From: Polyangia bacterium
GTDB lineage: Bacteria; Myxococcota_A; Polyangia; JAAYKL01
Direction: 5' to 3'
DNA length: 45,398 nt
NCBI GenBank assembly: GCA_050287845.1
Contig: JBNKCR010000097.1
Coordinates: forward strand, 1 to 45,398
Shown: one piece after another, positions 1-9,346 of the stretch
Numbering within the stretch: the stretch's first letter is position 1
Layout: each line of letters opens with the position of its first letter
Program-made: the position numbers and the translations under genes
Notes under the pieces: model-generated
Database searches by the model: none
What the model was told of the DNA's origin: nothing
What the model saw: the letters and a program-made list of their open reading frames with translations, nothing else

Positions 1-365
1 CAGAAGGGTGGTTTCGTAGATTTGACAAACGTTTTCGAATAGGGTTTTATATTCCTCGGATGAATTGTGATGCATGACGTCCTCAATGGTAATGATTTTC
101 TTATTTTTAAATCAGCCATTTGAAAAGTGCAACCGGTTGCCGTTTTTGCGTGTTATCTCATCTTTTTCTGTAAGTGTTCGAAATTAAAGACAAAATTGTG
201 CCGATTGGCGATGTTTAAACTGGTGATTTCGCGATTCAGTTGTTTTTAAATCGTTTTTAGATGTAAATACAGGATGCCATTCATTCGCCTCCGGCCCAGG
301 GCGGGCCATAGGGCGATCATCCGGAGAGAGGTGTTGGAAATAAAAAAGCCCCAGGCGGTTGAGTC

Positions 366-499
366 GACCGGCCCGCATTTTTGCTTTGCAAAACTGCTAC
401 ACCGGGAATCAAAAACCTGCGGTTTTTAATTCTGACCGGCACACGCCTTTGCGTTGCAAAGCCGTTACACCGGAATGAAAAACCCTTGGTTTTTCATTT
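366..499. repeat. Two tandem ~68-bp imperfect repeats, each GACCGGC-hairpinA-TACACCGG-hairpinB, downstream of tRNA-Ser(GGA)
   Basis: GACCGGC at 366 and 434; TACACCGG at 398 and 466; inverted repeats at 375-397, 406-432, 443-465 and 474-498. Confidence 0.8.
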
Positions 500-503
500 T
501 TTG

Positions 504-588
504 CGGAGAGATAGGGATTCGAACCCTAGGTACCTCTCAGTACACACGATTTCCAGTCGTGCACCTTCGTCCACTCGGTCATCTCTCC
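504..588 (-). tRNA. tRNA-Ser(GGA)
   Basis: Minus strand reads GGAGAGATGACCGAGTGGACGAAGGTGCACGACTGGAAATCGTGTGTACTGAGAGGTACCTAGGGTTCGAATCCCTATCTCTCCG: cloverleaf, anticodon loop CTGGAAA, long variable arm, GGTTCGAATCC T arm; CCA not encoded. Confidence 0.97.
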
Positions 589-721
589 AGGTATTTTCAT
601 CGGGGAAAGAATCCATTTAGTGGATGGCATCACCCGAAAAATTAAAATTTTTAAAGAGCATCTGTACTGGTCAGGTACTTTTTCGAATTTCAAACAACAG
701 GTTATTTGATTTCGACCGGCC

Positions 722-745
722 CTTAAAACCGCAAGCGGTTTTAAG
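722..745. terminator. Perfect inverted repeat CTTAAAACCGC-AA-GCGGTTTTAAG just 3' of tRNA-Ser(CGA); processing or termination hairpin
   Basis: 11-bp perfect inverted repeat a few nt downstream of the tRNA 3' end; no clear U-tract on the minus strand. Confidence 0.4.
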
Positions 746-749
746 TGTA

Positions 750-835
750 CGGAGAGCAAGGGATTCGAACCCTCGGAGGTGTTACCCTCACACGATTTCG
801 AATCGTGCGCCTTAGACCAACTCGGCCAACTCTCC
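750..835 (-). tRNA. tRNA-Ser(CGA)
   Basis: Minus strand reads GGAGAGTTGGCCGAGTTGGTCTAAGGCGCACGATTCGAAATCGTGTGAGGGTAACACCTCCGAGGGTTCGAATCCCTTGCTCTCCG: anticodon loop TTCGAAA, long variable arm; CCA not encoded. Confidence 0.97.
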
Positions 836-871
836 GCCGCGCAGAATATGTATGTCTGCCACATCCGTCAA
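836..871 (-). promoter_or_regulatory. sigma70-type promoter of the tRNA-Ser genes with GC-rich discriminator
   Basis: Minus strand TTGACG(871-866)-N17-TATTCT(848-843)-GCGCGGC, immediately followed by tRNA position 1. Confidence 0.7.
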
Positions 872-939
872 GAAATATTGCTGCTTTTTTTGGACAATGC
901 GGTAGAATGCGCAGATTCCCGCAACTATTGGAGGTTTGT

Positions 940-2901
940 ATGAGTCACTTTTTCCGTTCACTATTTATACGGATACTGAACCGAGTGATGGCGATGCCGG
1001 TCTCGTCGTGGATTCTGGCGTCTTTTGCGTTTACCCTGATATCGATTCTCGGTACGGATTTGTGGGCACGGGCTGGTGGCGGTGGCAATTACAGCAGCGG
1101 TGGCGGGGGCAGTGGTGGCGGCGGTGGCGGCGGCGGTGGCGAAGCCGTCTTGTGGTTGTTATATCTGGCGATTCGGTATCCACAGGTGGGGGTGCCGCTG
1201 TTGGTAGTGGGGGTTGTGGTGATGGTGGTGAAGAATCGGTTCAATCCGGACAATACGACCGCCAGGGCCATCCGCAGTTTGTCTCAGGTATCGGCTCCGA
1301 GAAACACGGATGTTTCGCGCATTCAGCAAAAGGACCCTTCGTTCAGCTCAGACAGGTTTCTTTCATGGGTGAGTAAAATCGACAATGAAATTCAGTCTGC
1401 CTGGAGCCGTGGGGACATGGCGCCTGTTCGCAATTATTTGAGTGACGGGCTGTACCGGCGCTTTGCCACGCAATTGGCGGTGATGAAATATCAGAATGTG
1501 CGAAATCCGGTGGCCGATCACCGGGTGGTGAATTGCTCGGTGCACGCCGTGGCCCACGATGATCATTTTGATACCATTCACGTGGCCATTGAGGCCGAGG
1601 CCAGAGATGTGGAGGTTCCAGCGAGCATGTTGGACGAAGAGGCAATGGCCCGGGCTGCGAAAGCGCCAATGGAAAGATACACGGAGATTTGGTCATTCCT
1701 CAGAAAACCCGGCGCCAGGACCCTCTCGGACAAGGGATTCAATCAGGGAACCTGTCCCAACTGCGGGGCGCCCCTGGAGAATACCCAGTCCACGAAATGT
1801 GAGTATTGTCAGGCGCTGGTGAATTCCGGCGATTACGACTGGGTACTGGCGGAAATCACCCAGACGGTGGAGTGGCGTGCCAATTCGTCGGGAAGTGTGA
1901 GCGGTCTTGCCGCCATGCAGCAGAAGGATCCGTCTTTCAACCGGCAGGCGGCAGAGGACCGGGCATCGTATGTGTTCTGGCGGTGGATTGAGGCAACGGT
2001 GACTGGAAACCGCGCTCCCCTGTCGAAGTGCGCGCTTCCCGCTTTGCAACAGCAAGTCATCGATGCCTCGCCGTTGACCCATTTCAAGGCTGCAGTGGGC
2101 AGTGTGGATTTGGTGATGGTGGAGTCAACCAGCGGCAATGTGACGGGAGCGAGAGAGAGGTTTACGGTAAAGATTCTGTGGAGCAGCGCTGCATCGCCCA
2201 CCAGTCCCCCCATTCATCGACAGCATCTGTTTGTGCTCGGTCGGGAAGAGGCGCCCCGGAAGGATGGCGGGTTGTCCCATGCGCACTGTGCCAATTGTCT
2301 TGGTCCGTTGAATGAGAATGACTCCGTGACCTGCGAGTATTGCGGCGCGACGCTGACCCTGGGGAAAACGGACTGGGTGCTGGAACAGGTGCTTTTGCCC
2401 TATGAGTTTTCAGCCGTCAACCTGTCCGCAGGGGCAGCCGAGGTCCGCGATGATGGTGTATCGTCGGCGGTTGACAGTGTCGGAGAGGCTGGAGAAACGG
2501 AGCCGGCGGACGAAGTGCCCGTATGGGCGATGCCGGATATGGCTTCAAAGCAGGAGCGGGCACTGTTGCTGATGAATATGGCGGCGGTGGTCATGGCCGA
2601 CGGGGTGGTGACCAGACAGGAGAAGCGTCTGTTGAAAACCGCATCGAAAAGGTGGGATGTTCCCATGGAGATGGTGACCCCTATTCTGCAGGGCAAGGTG
2701 AGTGCGGAATCTGTCTCGGAACTTCGTCCGGCCAACGCCACCGCATTTCTCGATGGGTTGATTGGCGCAGCGCTGGTGGACGGTAAAATCGATTCGAGAG
2801 AATCAGCACTGCTGCTCGATGTGGGCAAGCATCTTGGCCTCGCCGATGCGGATGTGCGTTATCGGATGAACAATATGAAACGAATGGCAGTTTCAAAGTG
2901 A
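940..2901 (+). CDS. Membrane-anchored Tim44-like domain protein with two Zn-ribbon pairs and C-terminal tandem TerB-like domains
   Basis: GGAGG RBS before ATG 940 (the ORF-track start at 745 overlaps the tRNA). Signal/TM plus Gly-rich linker, twice QKDPSF-initiated Tim44-like unit, CPNCGAP..CEYC and CANCLGP..CEYC, ADGVVTRQE and VDGKIDSRE TerB-like motifs. Confidence 0.75.
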   Translation: MSHFFRSLFIRILNRVMAMPVSSWILASFAFTLISILGTDLWARAGGGGNYSSGGGGSGGGGGGGGGEAVLWLLYLAIRYPQVGVPLLVVGVVVMVVKNRFNPDNTTARAIRSLSQVSAPRNTDVSRIQQKDPSFSSDRFLSWVSKIDNEIQSAWSRGDMAPVRNYLSDGLYRRFATQLAVMKYQNVRNPVADHRVVNCSVHAVAHDDHFDTIHVAIEAEARDVEVPASMLDEEAMARAAKAPMERYTEIWSFLRKPGARTLSDKGFNQGTCPNCGAPLENTQSTKCEYCQALVNSGDYDWVLAEITQTVEWRANSSGSVSGLAAMQQKDPSFNRQAAEDRASYVFWRWIEATVTGNRAPLSKCALPALQQQVIDASPLTHFKAAVGSVDLVMVESTSGNVTGARERFTVKILWSSAASPTSPPIHRQHLFVLGREEAPRKDGGLSHAHCANCLGPLNENDSVTCEYCGATLTLGKTDWVLEQVLLPYEFSAVNLSAGAAEVRDDGVSSAVDSVGEAGETEPADEVPVWAMPDMASKQERALLLMNMAAVVMADGVVTRQEKRLLKTASKRWDVPMEMVTPILQGKVSAESVSELRPANATAFLDGLIGAALVDGKIDSRESALLLDVGKHLGLADADVRYRMNNMKRMAVSK

Positions 2902-2935
2902 CGAGGGAAAGTAACTGTTCAACGACAGCACGACA

Positions 2936-4048
2936 TCAGGCAAGGGCGTCGCTGATGCGTCGGGTTGCCGCCAGTTTCAGCAGCGTTTCTGCAATACCGA
3001 TTGGGGAGCGCTGGAAGTGCACCGCGCCGGTTTCATAGGCGACGCGGTTCATGCCGTACACCACCGAGGTGGCTTCGTTCTGACCGATGCAGTAGGCTTT
3101 TCGGTTTCGCATTCTCAGCAGGCCCTCGGCGCCATCCTTGCCCATTCCTGAAAGAATAATGCCCAATGCGGCTGCACCGTAAGCATCTGCGACCGAACTG
3201 AACAGCATATCAATACTGGGAACATGGCCTCCCCGGGAGGCTGGTGTTTTAAGTTGAATGGTATTCCGATCGGCAAATTTCAGGTGTTTGTGATCGGGGC
3301 AGATCAGTACTTCACCGATGGAGGGGATACTGGTTTCAGAGGCGATTTTTACGTCCAGTGTGATGGACGAATTGAGCCACTCTGCCATTTTGGTGGCGAA
3401 CCCCCGGGAAATGTGCTGCGCTACGATGATGGGAATCGGGTAATCGCTGGGGAGCTGGGAGAGGATTTCCACAATGACGGTGGGGGCACCGGTGGATCCT
3501 CCGATGGCGATCAGCTCGAGCGGGACGTTTTCCGGGAGCACTGTGGAAATGGGGATATCCGATGGGGACAGGGATTTTTGTCGTTCCGGAATGACACTCC
3601 ATGGTGAGTCTGCGCCGACGGATGGCAACCAGGAAAGTTGTGCGTCCGGCCGGGTTTCGACCGAGTCCTCAATGATTCTGAGCAACTCTGTTTTAATTTC
3701 TTTGTATTTTCCAGACAGGATTCCCAGCGGCTTTTCGATGACATTGATCGCGCCGGCGCGCATGGCTTCGAAAGCAAAGTCAGTATCCGGTGCATTCACC
3801 ATGGAGCTGATAATTACGATTCGCGTCGGACATTCGGTCATGATTGCTTTGGTGGCTTCCAGTCCGCTCATTTTCGGCATGAAAATATCCATGGTGACCA
3901 GGTCCGGGCGAAGTTCCCGACACATTCTCACCGCCTCTTCACCATCGCTGGCAATGCCGACAATTTCAATGTTGGGTTCATCGACTAGCAGGTGTTGCAA
4001 TACGCGTTGAACGGTGCTGGAATCTTCGGCTATCAACAATCGAATCAT
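2936..4048 (-). CDS. cheB: Chemotaxis response regulator protein-glutamate methylesterase (REC + CheB)
   Basis: N-terminal receiver (AEDS, MDIFMP); methylesterase motifs GGSTGAP, QHI, GMGKDG. Confidence 0.95.
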   Translation of the reverse strand: MIRLLIAEDSSTVQRVLQHLLVDEPNIEIVGIASDGEEAVRMCRELRPDLVTMDIFMPKMSGLEATKAIMTECPTRIVIISSMVNAPDTDFAFEAMRAGAINVIEKPLGILSGKYKEIKTELLRIIEDSVETRPDAQLSWLPSVGADSPWSVIPERQKSLSPSDIPISTVLPENVPLELIAIGGSTGAPTVIVEILSQLPSDYPIPIIVAQHISRGFATKMAEWLNSSITLDVKIASETSIPSIGEVLICPDHKHLKFADRNTIQLKTPASRGGHVPSIDMLFSSVADAYGAAALGIILSGMGKDGAEGLLRMRNRKAYCIGQNEATSVVYGMNRVAYETGAVHFQRSPIGIAETLLKLAATRRISDALA

Positions 4049-4067
4049 AATTTTTGAAACACCTTCA

Positions 4068-6353
4068 TTAAAGAAGTTGACTGATTGTAGTCAACAGTTC
4101 TGTACGGTTTAGTTCTTTTTTTACAATGTGCGCATCGGCTCCGGCATCCATACCGGCGCTGATATCTTCAGGGCTGCCCAGCGATGTCACCAGGATGACC
4201 GGGATACTCTGGAGCCGGGGCCGGGTACGAATCGCTCTGGTCAGTTCAAATCCATCCATATTCGGCATCTGAACATCAGAAATGACAAGGTCAATATCGT
4301 TGTTCCCCAATTCCTGAAGTGCCTGAAGTCCGTCGGTGGCCAGAATGACTTTGAATCCGGCGGATTCGAGCAATGTCTGTTGCATGGTTCGAATGGCAAT
4401 GGAATCGTCCACCACCAGAACGGTGGTCAGTCGTTTTCGTTGCGGTTTTGCGGCGTTGGTGATTGCCCGCTGGGTGAATGTTCCGCTGGCGGAGCGGATG
4501 AGGTCTGATGGGTTGAGCACCAGACACAGTTTACCGGTACCGAGCAGAGCCAGTCCGGATACGTTGGGAACGCGCTCCAGCAAATCGCCGAGAGGTTTAA
4601 TCACCAGCTGGGTGTACTCGAAAATCCGATTGAATCCAAATGCGTATTTCCGGTTGCCAAATCGGACAATAGCGGCAAAGCGCGATTCCTTCCGTTGCTG
4701 ATCGTCCGTCTGTTTGTCCGGGGTCAGTATTTTTTCGAATGTGGTGAGAGGGATCTGCTGATTGTCGACCATGAGGACGTCACCGCCGCCGATGCTGCGG
4801 ATGGCGGTTTCATTCAGAACGGTGACCCGGGATACGTTCGATGCCGGAATCGCCAGGGTTTGTCCACCCGCTTCCACCAGCAGACATTTGATGGAAGACA
4901 TGGTGAGGGGGAGTCTCAGGATAAATGCGGATCCCTTGCCGGGGGTGCTCTGGAGGCTGACCTCACCGCCCAGGTGTTCGATGGTGTATTTCACTACATC
5001 CAGTCCCACACCGCGGCCGGAGATTTGCGAAACTTTGCGACTGGTTGAAAAGCCGGGCTCGAACAGGTAGTCGAAGAGTTGCGCTTCTGTGAGTCTGGAG
5101 GCGTTTTCGGGATGCATGTCATAGGCGGAAATAAGCTTTTCGCGGATGGCTTTCGGATCGATACCGGCCCCGTCATCGTGAATTATCAGCTCAACAGAAT
5201 CCCCCAGGTGGCGTCCCTCGATGATGAGTTTGCCTTCGGCGGGCTTTCCGGCCTGTTCCCGTATCGCCGGTGTCTCTATCCCGTGATCGATCGCGTTTCG
5301 TATCAGATGAATGAGTGGCTTTTCAATGGCGTCCAGAATCGCGCGGTCCACTGAGTATTCGCCGCCGAGAAGCGTCAGCGATACCTTTTTTCCGGTGCGG
5401 TTGGATGTGTCTCTGACCTGGTTTCGAATGGTCAGATGGAGATTTGAGACCGGCGCAATGCGAAGCTGTCTCAACGCTTCCTGAGAACGCTGGATGAATT
5501 TGATCAGTTCCCGCAAATTAAAATTGAATTTTGAGTCTGCGGACTTGGATAGAATGGAGAGGTTTCTGGACATGTCCAGCAGTTCCATCATCTCTGCTTC
5601 GTATTCGGTTCCTTCGAGCTTGCTGAGGAGCGCCGATACCGCTTCAGACAAACGGTTGGATTCGTGAATGTTGGTTTCCAGGTCGTGTTTCAGGGATTCC
5701 AGCTGGAGACTGGTTTCGAAGAGCTCCCCGAACTGGGTAATCACTTCATCAATGCGCTTTTCAGATACGCGGATGAACTCCTGCTTTGCGTCCCCTCCCA
5801 ACGCGATCGGTCTGGCCTGACCGGGTGACGGTTTGCCGTCGCTGGTTCCGGGCGCCCCGGAGGATGGCACTGCTTGCCGGGACTGCTGCTCGGACTTCTC
5901 CGGTCGCGCGGGCGCCGGCGTAGATGATCGGGATTTCAGCGGGAAGGCACTCTCCAGCTGTTTCATGGTCACTTGTTCCCGATCGGACAATTCATCTTCT
6001 CCGGGACTGTGGGAAAAGACGCCCTGTCTGATGGTTTCGAGCGCCTGTAGCAGGGTTTCGAGACGTTTCGGGTTCAGGGTCTCACCTTCTTCACCGCGCA
6101 TTGTGCCGAGTGCATCTTCGAAACGATGGGCCATGGTCGCGATTCGGTTGAACCCCAATGTTCCTGCTGACCCTTTTAAACTGTGCGCTTCGCGAAAAGC
6201 GCGATGGATCCCCTGATCCCCATCGGACAGCGTGCCGTCTTCCGCCGCGAACAGAATTTCGGCAATGCTCTTGATATGCTCTACAGCCTCAGCGCGAAAT
6301 ACCTTTGACAGCTGCTCAATTTGTTCGATGGAAAGATCGTCGTTGGCGCTCAT
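4068..6353 (-). CDS. cheA: Hybrid CheA histidine kinase (Hpt-dimerisation-HATPase-CheW-REC), WspE/FrzE type
   Basis: FREAHSLKGSAG Hpt, HLIRNAIDHGIE, DDGAGID, GFST...SGRGVGLDVV, CheW domain, C-terminal VVDDS/DVQMPNMDG receiver. Confidence 0.95.
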   Translation of the reverse strand: MSANDDLSIEQIEQLSKVFRAEAVEHIKSIAEILFAAEDGTLSDGDQGIHRAFREAHSLKGSAGTLGFNRIATMAHRFEDALGTMRGEEGETLNPKRLETLLQALETIRQGVFSHSPGEDELSDREQVTMKQLESAFPLKSRSSTPAPARPEKSEQQSRQAVPSSGAPGTSDGKPSPGQARPIALGGDAKQEFIRVSEKRIDEVITQFGELFETSLQLESLKHDLETNIHESNRLSEAVSALLSKLEGTEYEAEMMELLDMSRNLSILSKSADSKFNFNLRELIKFIQRSQEALRQLRIAPVSNLHLTIRNQVRDTSNRTGKKVSLTLLGGEYSVDRAILDAIEKPLIHLIRNAIDHGIETPAIREQAGKPAEGKLIIEGRHLGDSVELIIHDDGAGIDPKAIREKLISAYDMHPENASRLTEAQLFDYLFEPGFSTSRKVSQISGRGVGLDVVKYTIEHLGGEVSLQSTPGKGSAFILRLPLTMSSIKCLLVEAGGQTLAIPASNVSRVTVLNETAIRSIGGGDVLMVDNQQIPLTTFEKILTPDKQTDDQQRKESRFAAIVRFGNRKYAFGFNRIFEYTQLVIKPLGDLLERVPNVSGLALLGTGKLCLVLNPSDLIRSASGTFTQRAITNAAKPQRKRLTTVLVVDDSIAIRTMQQTLLESAGFKVILATDGLQALQELGNNDIDLVISDVQMPNMDGFELTRAIRTRPRLQSIPVILVTSLGSPEDISAGMDAGADAHIVKKELNRTELLTTISQLL

Positions 6354-6356
6354 GGG

Positions 6357-6893
6357 TTATCCTTCAATGGGGGTTGTACCGAAGTTGGGTGTGGTCACGA
6401 CAGCATCGAGGTTCAGAATGGCTGTGTCTTCGGTGATTGTGATTCCCAGCAAATACGGACGCAACTTCTGATCGTAGCTTTCGGGGGGAACGAAAATTTC
6501 CGACTTCAACTCCACGGCCACGCCCTCCACATCTTCCACCTGCAACGCAAACAGTTTGCCTTTGGCCTGCACGACCACTGCGTAGTCTTCATCGACCAGC
6601 GCCTCGGCATCGGGATTGAAAAAGAATCTCAGGTTCACCAGCGCGATGGTTTGTCCACGACGTCGGATGACTCCCTGAATATGCGGCGGTGTGTGGGGAA
6701 TGGGAATGATGTCCGCAATCCGGGTAACCGCTTCCACCTGAGCGAGGGGGACGGCGAATCGGGATTCCATTGTGTTGAAGACAAGCAACTTTTCCTGCTC
6801 CAGGTTGTGTTCGCTTGCTTCAACCGGGACCGCGAGTCTTTCCGCCCGATTTTTCAGCAGGCTCAATTCCAGTTCCAGTTTCCGGTCATCCAT
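6357..6893 (-). CDS. cheW: CheW coupling protein
   Basis: FAVPLAQVEAV..IIPIPHTPPHIQGVIRRRGQTIALVNL CheW pattern, inside the che cluster. Confidence 0.9.
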   Translation of the reverse strand: MDDRKLELELSLLKNRAERLAVPVEASEHNLEQEKLLVFNTMESRFAVPLAQVEAVTRIADIIPIPHTPPHIQGVIRRRGQTIALVNLRFFFNPDAEALVDEDYAVVVQAKGKLFALQVEDVEGVAVELKSEIFVPPESYDQKLRPYLLGITITEDTAILNLDAVVTTPNFGTTPIEG

Positions 6894-8316
6894 GTTGCAG
6901 CTCCAGTTCCTTTAACCTTTCCGTCGCTATTTCCAACAGCCGGCCGGCGCGAATTCCGCCCCCTTCCTTCACCTCGGAGTCGGAGCGCATTTCTCTGGCC
7001 AGTCGGCATGTATTGCGATATCCCCGCTGTGCGGCGCTGATGTCACCGGAACGTTCGGCAATCACGCCCTGGTAATAATGTCCAATGATGAACTGTTTGT
7101 TCAGAAAAATCGCCTGTTTCAAATGCGAAAGCGCGTCTTCCGGTTCGTTTTCCTGGTCCGCAATCAGAGCCTTTAAAAAATATACTCTGAAATCAAGTCG
7201 GCCCCCCTCCCGTTCGAGTTGGTCAATCAAACGGGTGGCTTCCTGCAGTTCGCCTTCCATGGAAAGATCCCGCACCCGCTTGAGGTCCTCTTCAAGGGCG
7301 TCCGGAGGGCCGGGGGGCGAAATGGCAAAAGCGGAAGGTGCGGATGTTTTCAGACTTCCACCGGCAAATGCGGGCTGTTTATCGTGAATAGACATAATCA
7401 TTTTTTCCGGATCGTACGGACCAAGACCCGGAACAAGAGAAATGCGGGACGCCGGTTTCAAAGGGGCCATCTCTGTCTGTTTTCGGTAGAAATATGTGGC
7501 ATGAGAGTAGACTGTAGTCAGATCTTTCAACGAAGGGAATGCTTCTGAATGGCCCAACAGCAGGAACCCGTCCTCCCGAAGGCAGGTGGAGAACACTTCG
7601 CATATTCGGGTCGCCAGTCTGGAATGAAAATAAATAAGCACATTCCGACAGAAAATCAGGTCGCAATCCTCGTACATGGCGTCAATGTGATCGGGAATCG
7701 TGGAAAGATTCAAATTGAAGAACGAAACATTGTTTCGGATGGAATCGCTTAACGTGTACTCATTTTTACCGGTCTGTTTAAAATAAGCGTTGATTGTCCT
7801 GTCATCCACACCGCGAAATGACCATCTGGTGTATTTGCCTTCTCTTGCCCGACGGAGGTATTGGGTATTGATATCAGTTGCCATGATGGTGATATCCCAT
7901 TCTCTCAATACGGGAAAGTCCCGCCGAAGCATGATTGCGATGGAGTAGGGTTCTTCGCCGGTGGAGCATCCTGCGCTCCAGATTTTAAGCCGGTGTCTAT
8001 TTTCGTTTTTAGCTATCAGATCCGGAAGAATCTCGTGCTGCAGTGCCGCGAAATGCGGGTGGTTCCTGAAAAAGTAGCTTTCACCGATGGTCAGCGAATT
8101 GACCACATCCTGATCAAGTGTGTTCGAACTTTCCAGCCCTCGGACAAAATCTTCCATACGCTTGTCTTTCTGTTTGACGAACGGCTGGATTCTTTTAAAA
8201 AAGTCACGTTTCCGGGATGCGGAAATCGTAAGACCCATGCGCTGCTGGATTAAGCGCCGTATTCTTTCAAATTGCTCATCCGAAATCGCTGGATTGAAAT
8301 CGCCTGGTTTCATCAT
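6886..8316 (-). CDS. cheR: CheR methyltransferase with C-terminal TPR (WspC/FrzF type)
   Basis: TIGESYFFR, IWSAGCSTGEEPYS, ATDIN, DLIFCRNVLIYF; TPR-like tail. Start placed at the ATG just after the upstream cheW stop. Confidence 0.93.
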   Translation of the reverse strand: MMKPGDFNPAISDEQFERIRRLIQQRMGLTISASRKRDFFKRIQPFVKQKDKRMEDFVRGLESSNTLDQDVVNSLTIGESYFFRNHPHFAALQHEILPDLIAKNENRHRLKIWSAGCSTGEEPYSIAIMLRRDFPVLREWDITIMATDINTQYLRRAREGKYTRWSFRGVDDRTINAYFKQTGKNEYTLSDSIRNNVSFFNLNLSTIPDHIDAMYEDCDLIFCRNVLIYFHSRLATRICEVFSTCLREDGFLLLGHSEAFPSLKDLTTVYSHATYFYRKQTEMAPLKPASRISLVPGLGPYDPEKMIMSIHDKQPAFAGGSLKTSAPSAFAISPPGPPDALEEDLKRVRDLSMEGELQEATRLIDQLEREGGRLDFRVYFLKALIADQENEPEDALSHLKQAIFLNKQFIIGHYYQGVIAERSGDISAAQRGYRNTCRLAREMRSDSEVKEGGGIRAGRLLEIATERLKELELQHG

Positions 8317-8317
8317 C

Positions 8318-8938
8318 TCATTCCTGAGGCGTGGCGGCATCCGCACTGAGTATGCTGCCCAGATGTGCACCAATTCCTATCCAGATGAGGTCGAGGATAA
8401 GTGCAGATTCGTTATTCGGCAACTGAAGCATACCGCTGCTCTTCAGTATTCCGGGCATCACCGCATCGGACATGGTGATGGCATTTGGCTCCACGATGAT
8501 CACCTCCAGGGCTTCGTCCACTTTCAGCGCGAGTCGCCGCTGGTCCATGGTGCAGACAACCAGAACCTGGGTCGGGGACAGGGACGTACTCGTTTTGCTG
8601 GTCAGCTCTTCAACGTCCACCACCGCCAGCAGATCGCCGTGGTAGTTCACTGTTCCGGCGATTGAAGCAATCGGTGCAGGCAGCGGCATGATTTGCGGCA
8701 TTTCCACGATTTCATCCACATACTTCAGCGGCGCGGCAAAGGTGTTCTTACCGGAATTAATCAGCAGAAAGCTGGGTTTTTCCAGCTGTTCATCGCCGTA
8801 TCCCTGCGCCGAGTCCAGCAGAAGCTTCTTTTTCAGGGCGATTACTTCGTTTTCCAGACGGGTTATCTGGGCAATTTTGTCCAACAGATTTCCATCGCCC
8901 GGCTCCACTTCGGCAGCATCTCGTTTTGGGTCTGTCAC
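8318..8938 (-). CDS. cheW: CheW-like protein with N-terminal coiled coil
   Basis: FAAPLKYVDEIV..MPLPAPIASIAGTVNYHGDLLAVVD..ALKVD CheW pattern. Confidence 0.85.
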   Translation of the reverse strand: MTDPKRDAAEVEPGDGNLLDKIAQITRLENEVIALKKKLLLDSAQGYGDEQLEKPSFLLINSGKNTFAAPLKYVDEIVEMPQIMPLPAPIASIAGTVNYHGDLLAVVDVEELTSKTSTSLSPTQVLVVCTMDQRRLALKVDEALEVIIVEPNAITMSDAVMPGILKSSGMLQLPNNESALILDLIWIGIGAHLGSILSADAATPQE

Positions 8939-8950
8939 TTGAGGTACCTG

Positions 8951-9346
8951 TCAGTTTTTCAACAGTTTTCTGAGGCTGACAAACTTAAGCAGATCATTGA
9001 CTTTGGTAAGCAATTCTTCCTTATTGATAGGCTTGTTGATGTAGTCGTCGCAACCGGCGGCAAACGCTTCCTTCACCCGCGCGTATTCACTGCGGGTTGT
9101 TACCATCACCACTTTAATGTCGCTCATGGAATCATTGCTTTTAATCTGTCTGCAGCATTCGATGCCATCCATTTCGGGCATCATAATATCCATCAACACC
9201 AGGTCGGGTTTGTTCTTTTCAATTTTTTTCAGGGCTTCCACGCCATTGGAAGCCATTTCAATGTTGCAGTCTTCATCTTTCAGCATCATTTGCTGGGTCA
9301 GCCGCATGGTTTCTGTATCGTCAACGATGAGAATCTTGCTTGCCAT
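8951..9346 (-). CDS. Single-domain response regulator (CheY-like)
   Basis: ILIVDD, DLVLMDIMMPEMDG, GCDDYINKP receiver motifs. Confidence 0.92.
   Translation of the reverse strand: MASKILIVDDTETMRLTQQMMLKDEDCNIEMASNGVEALKKIEKNKPDLVLMDIMMPEMDGIECCRQIKSNDSMSDIKVVMVTTRSEYARVKEAFAAGCDDYINKPINKEELLTKVNDLLKFVSLRKLLKN

Noticed and set aside
366..499. Possible CRISPR array
   Set aside because: Only two units, invariant parts are just 7-8 nt, the variable parts are homologous hairpins rather than unique spacers, and no cas genes are present
184..939. Short ORFs at 184-864 and the 745-939 N-terminal extension of the Tim44 ORF
   Set aside because: They overlap the two tRNA genes and the hairpin repeats; the real CDS has an RBS-supported ATG at 940
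1075..1140. GGC/GGT-rich low-complexity tract
   Set aside because: It encodes the poly-Gly linker of the Tim44-like protein and is not an independent repeat element
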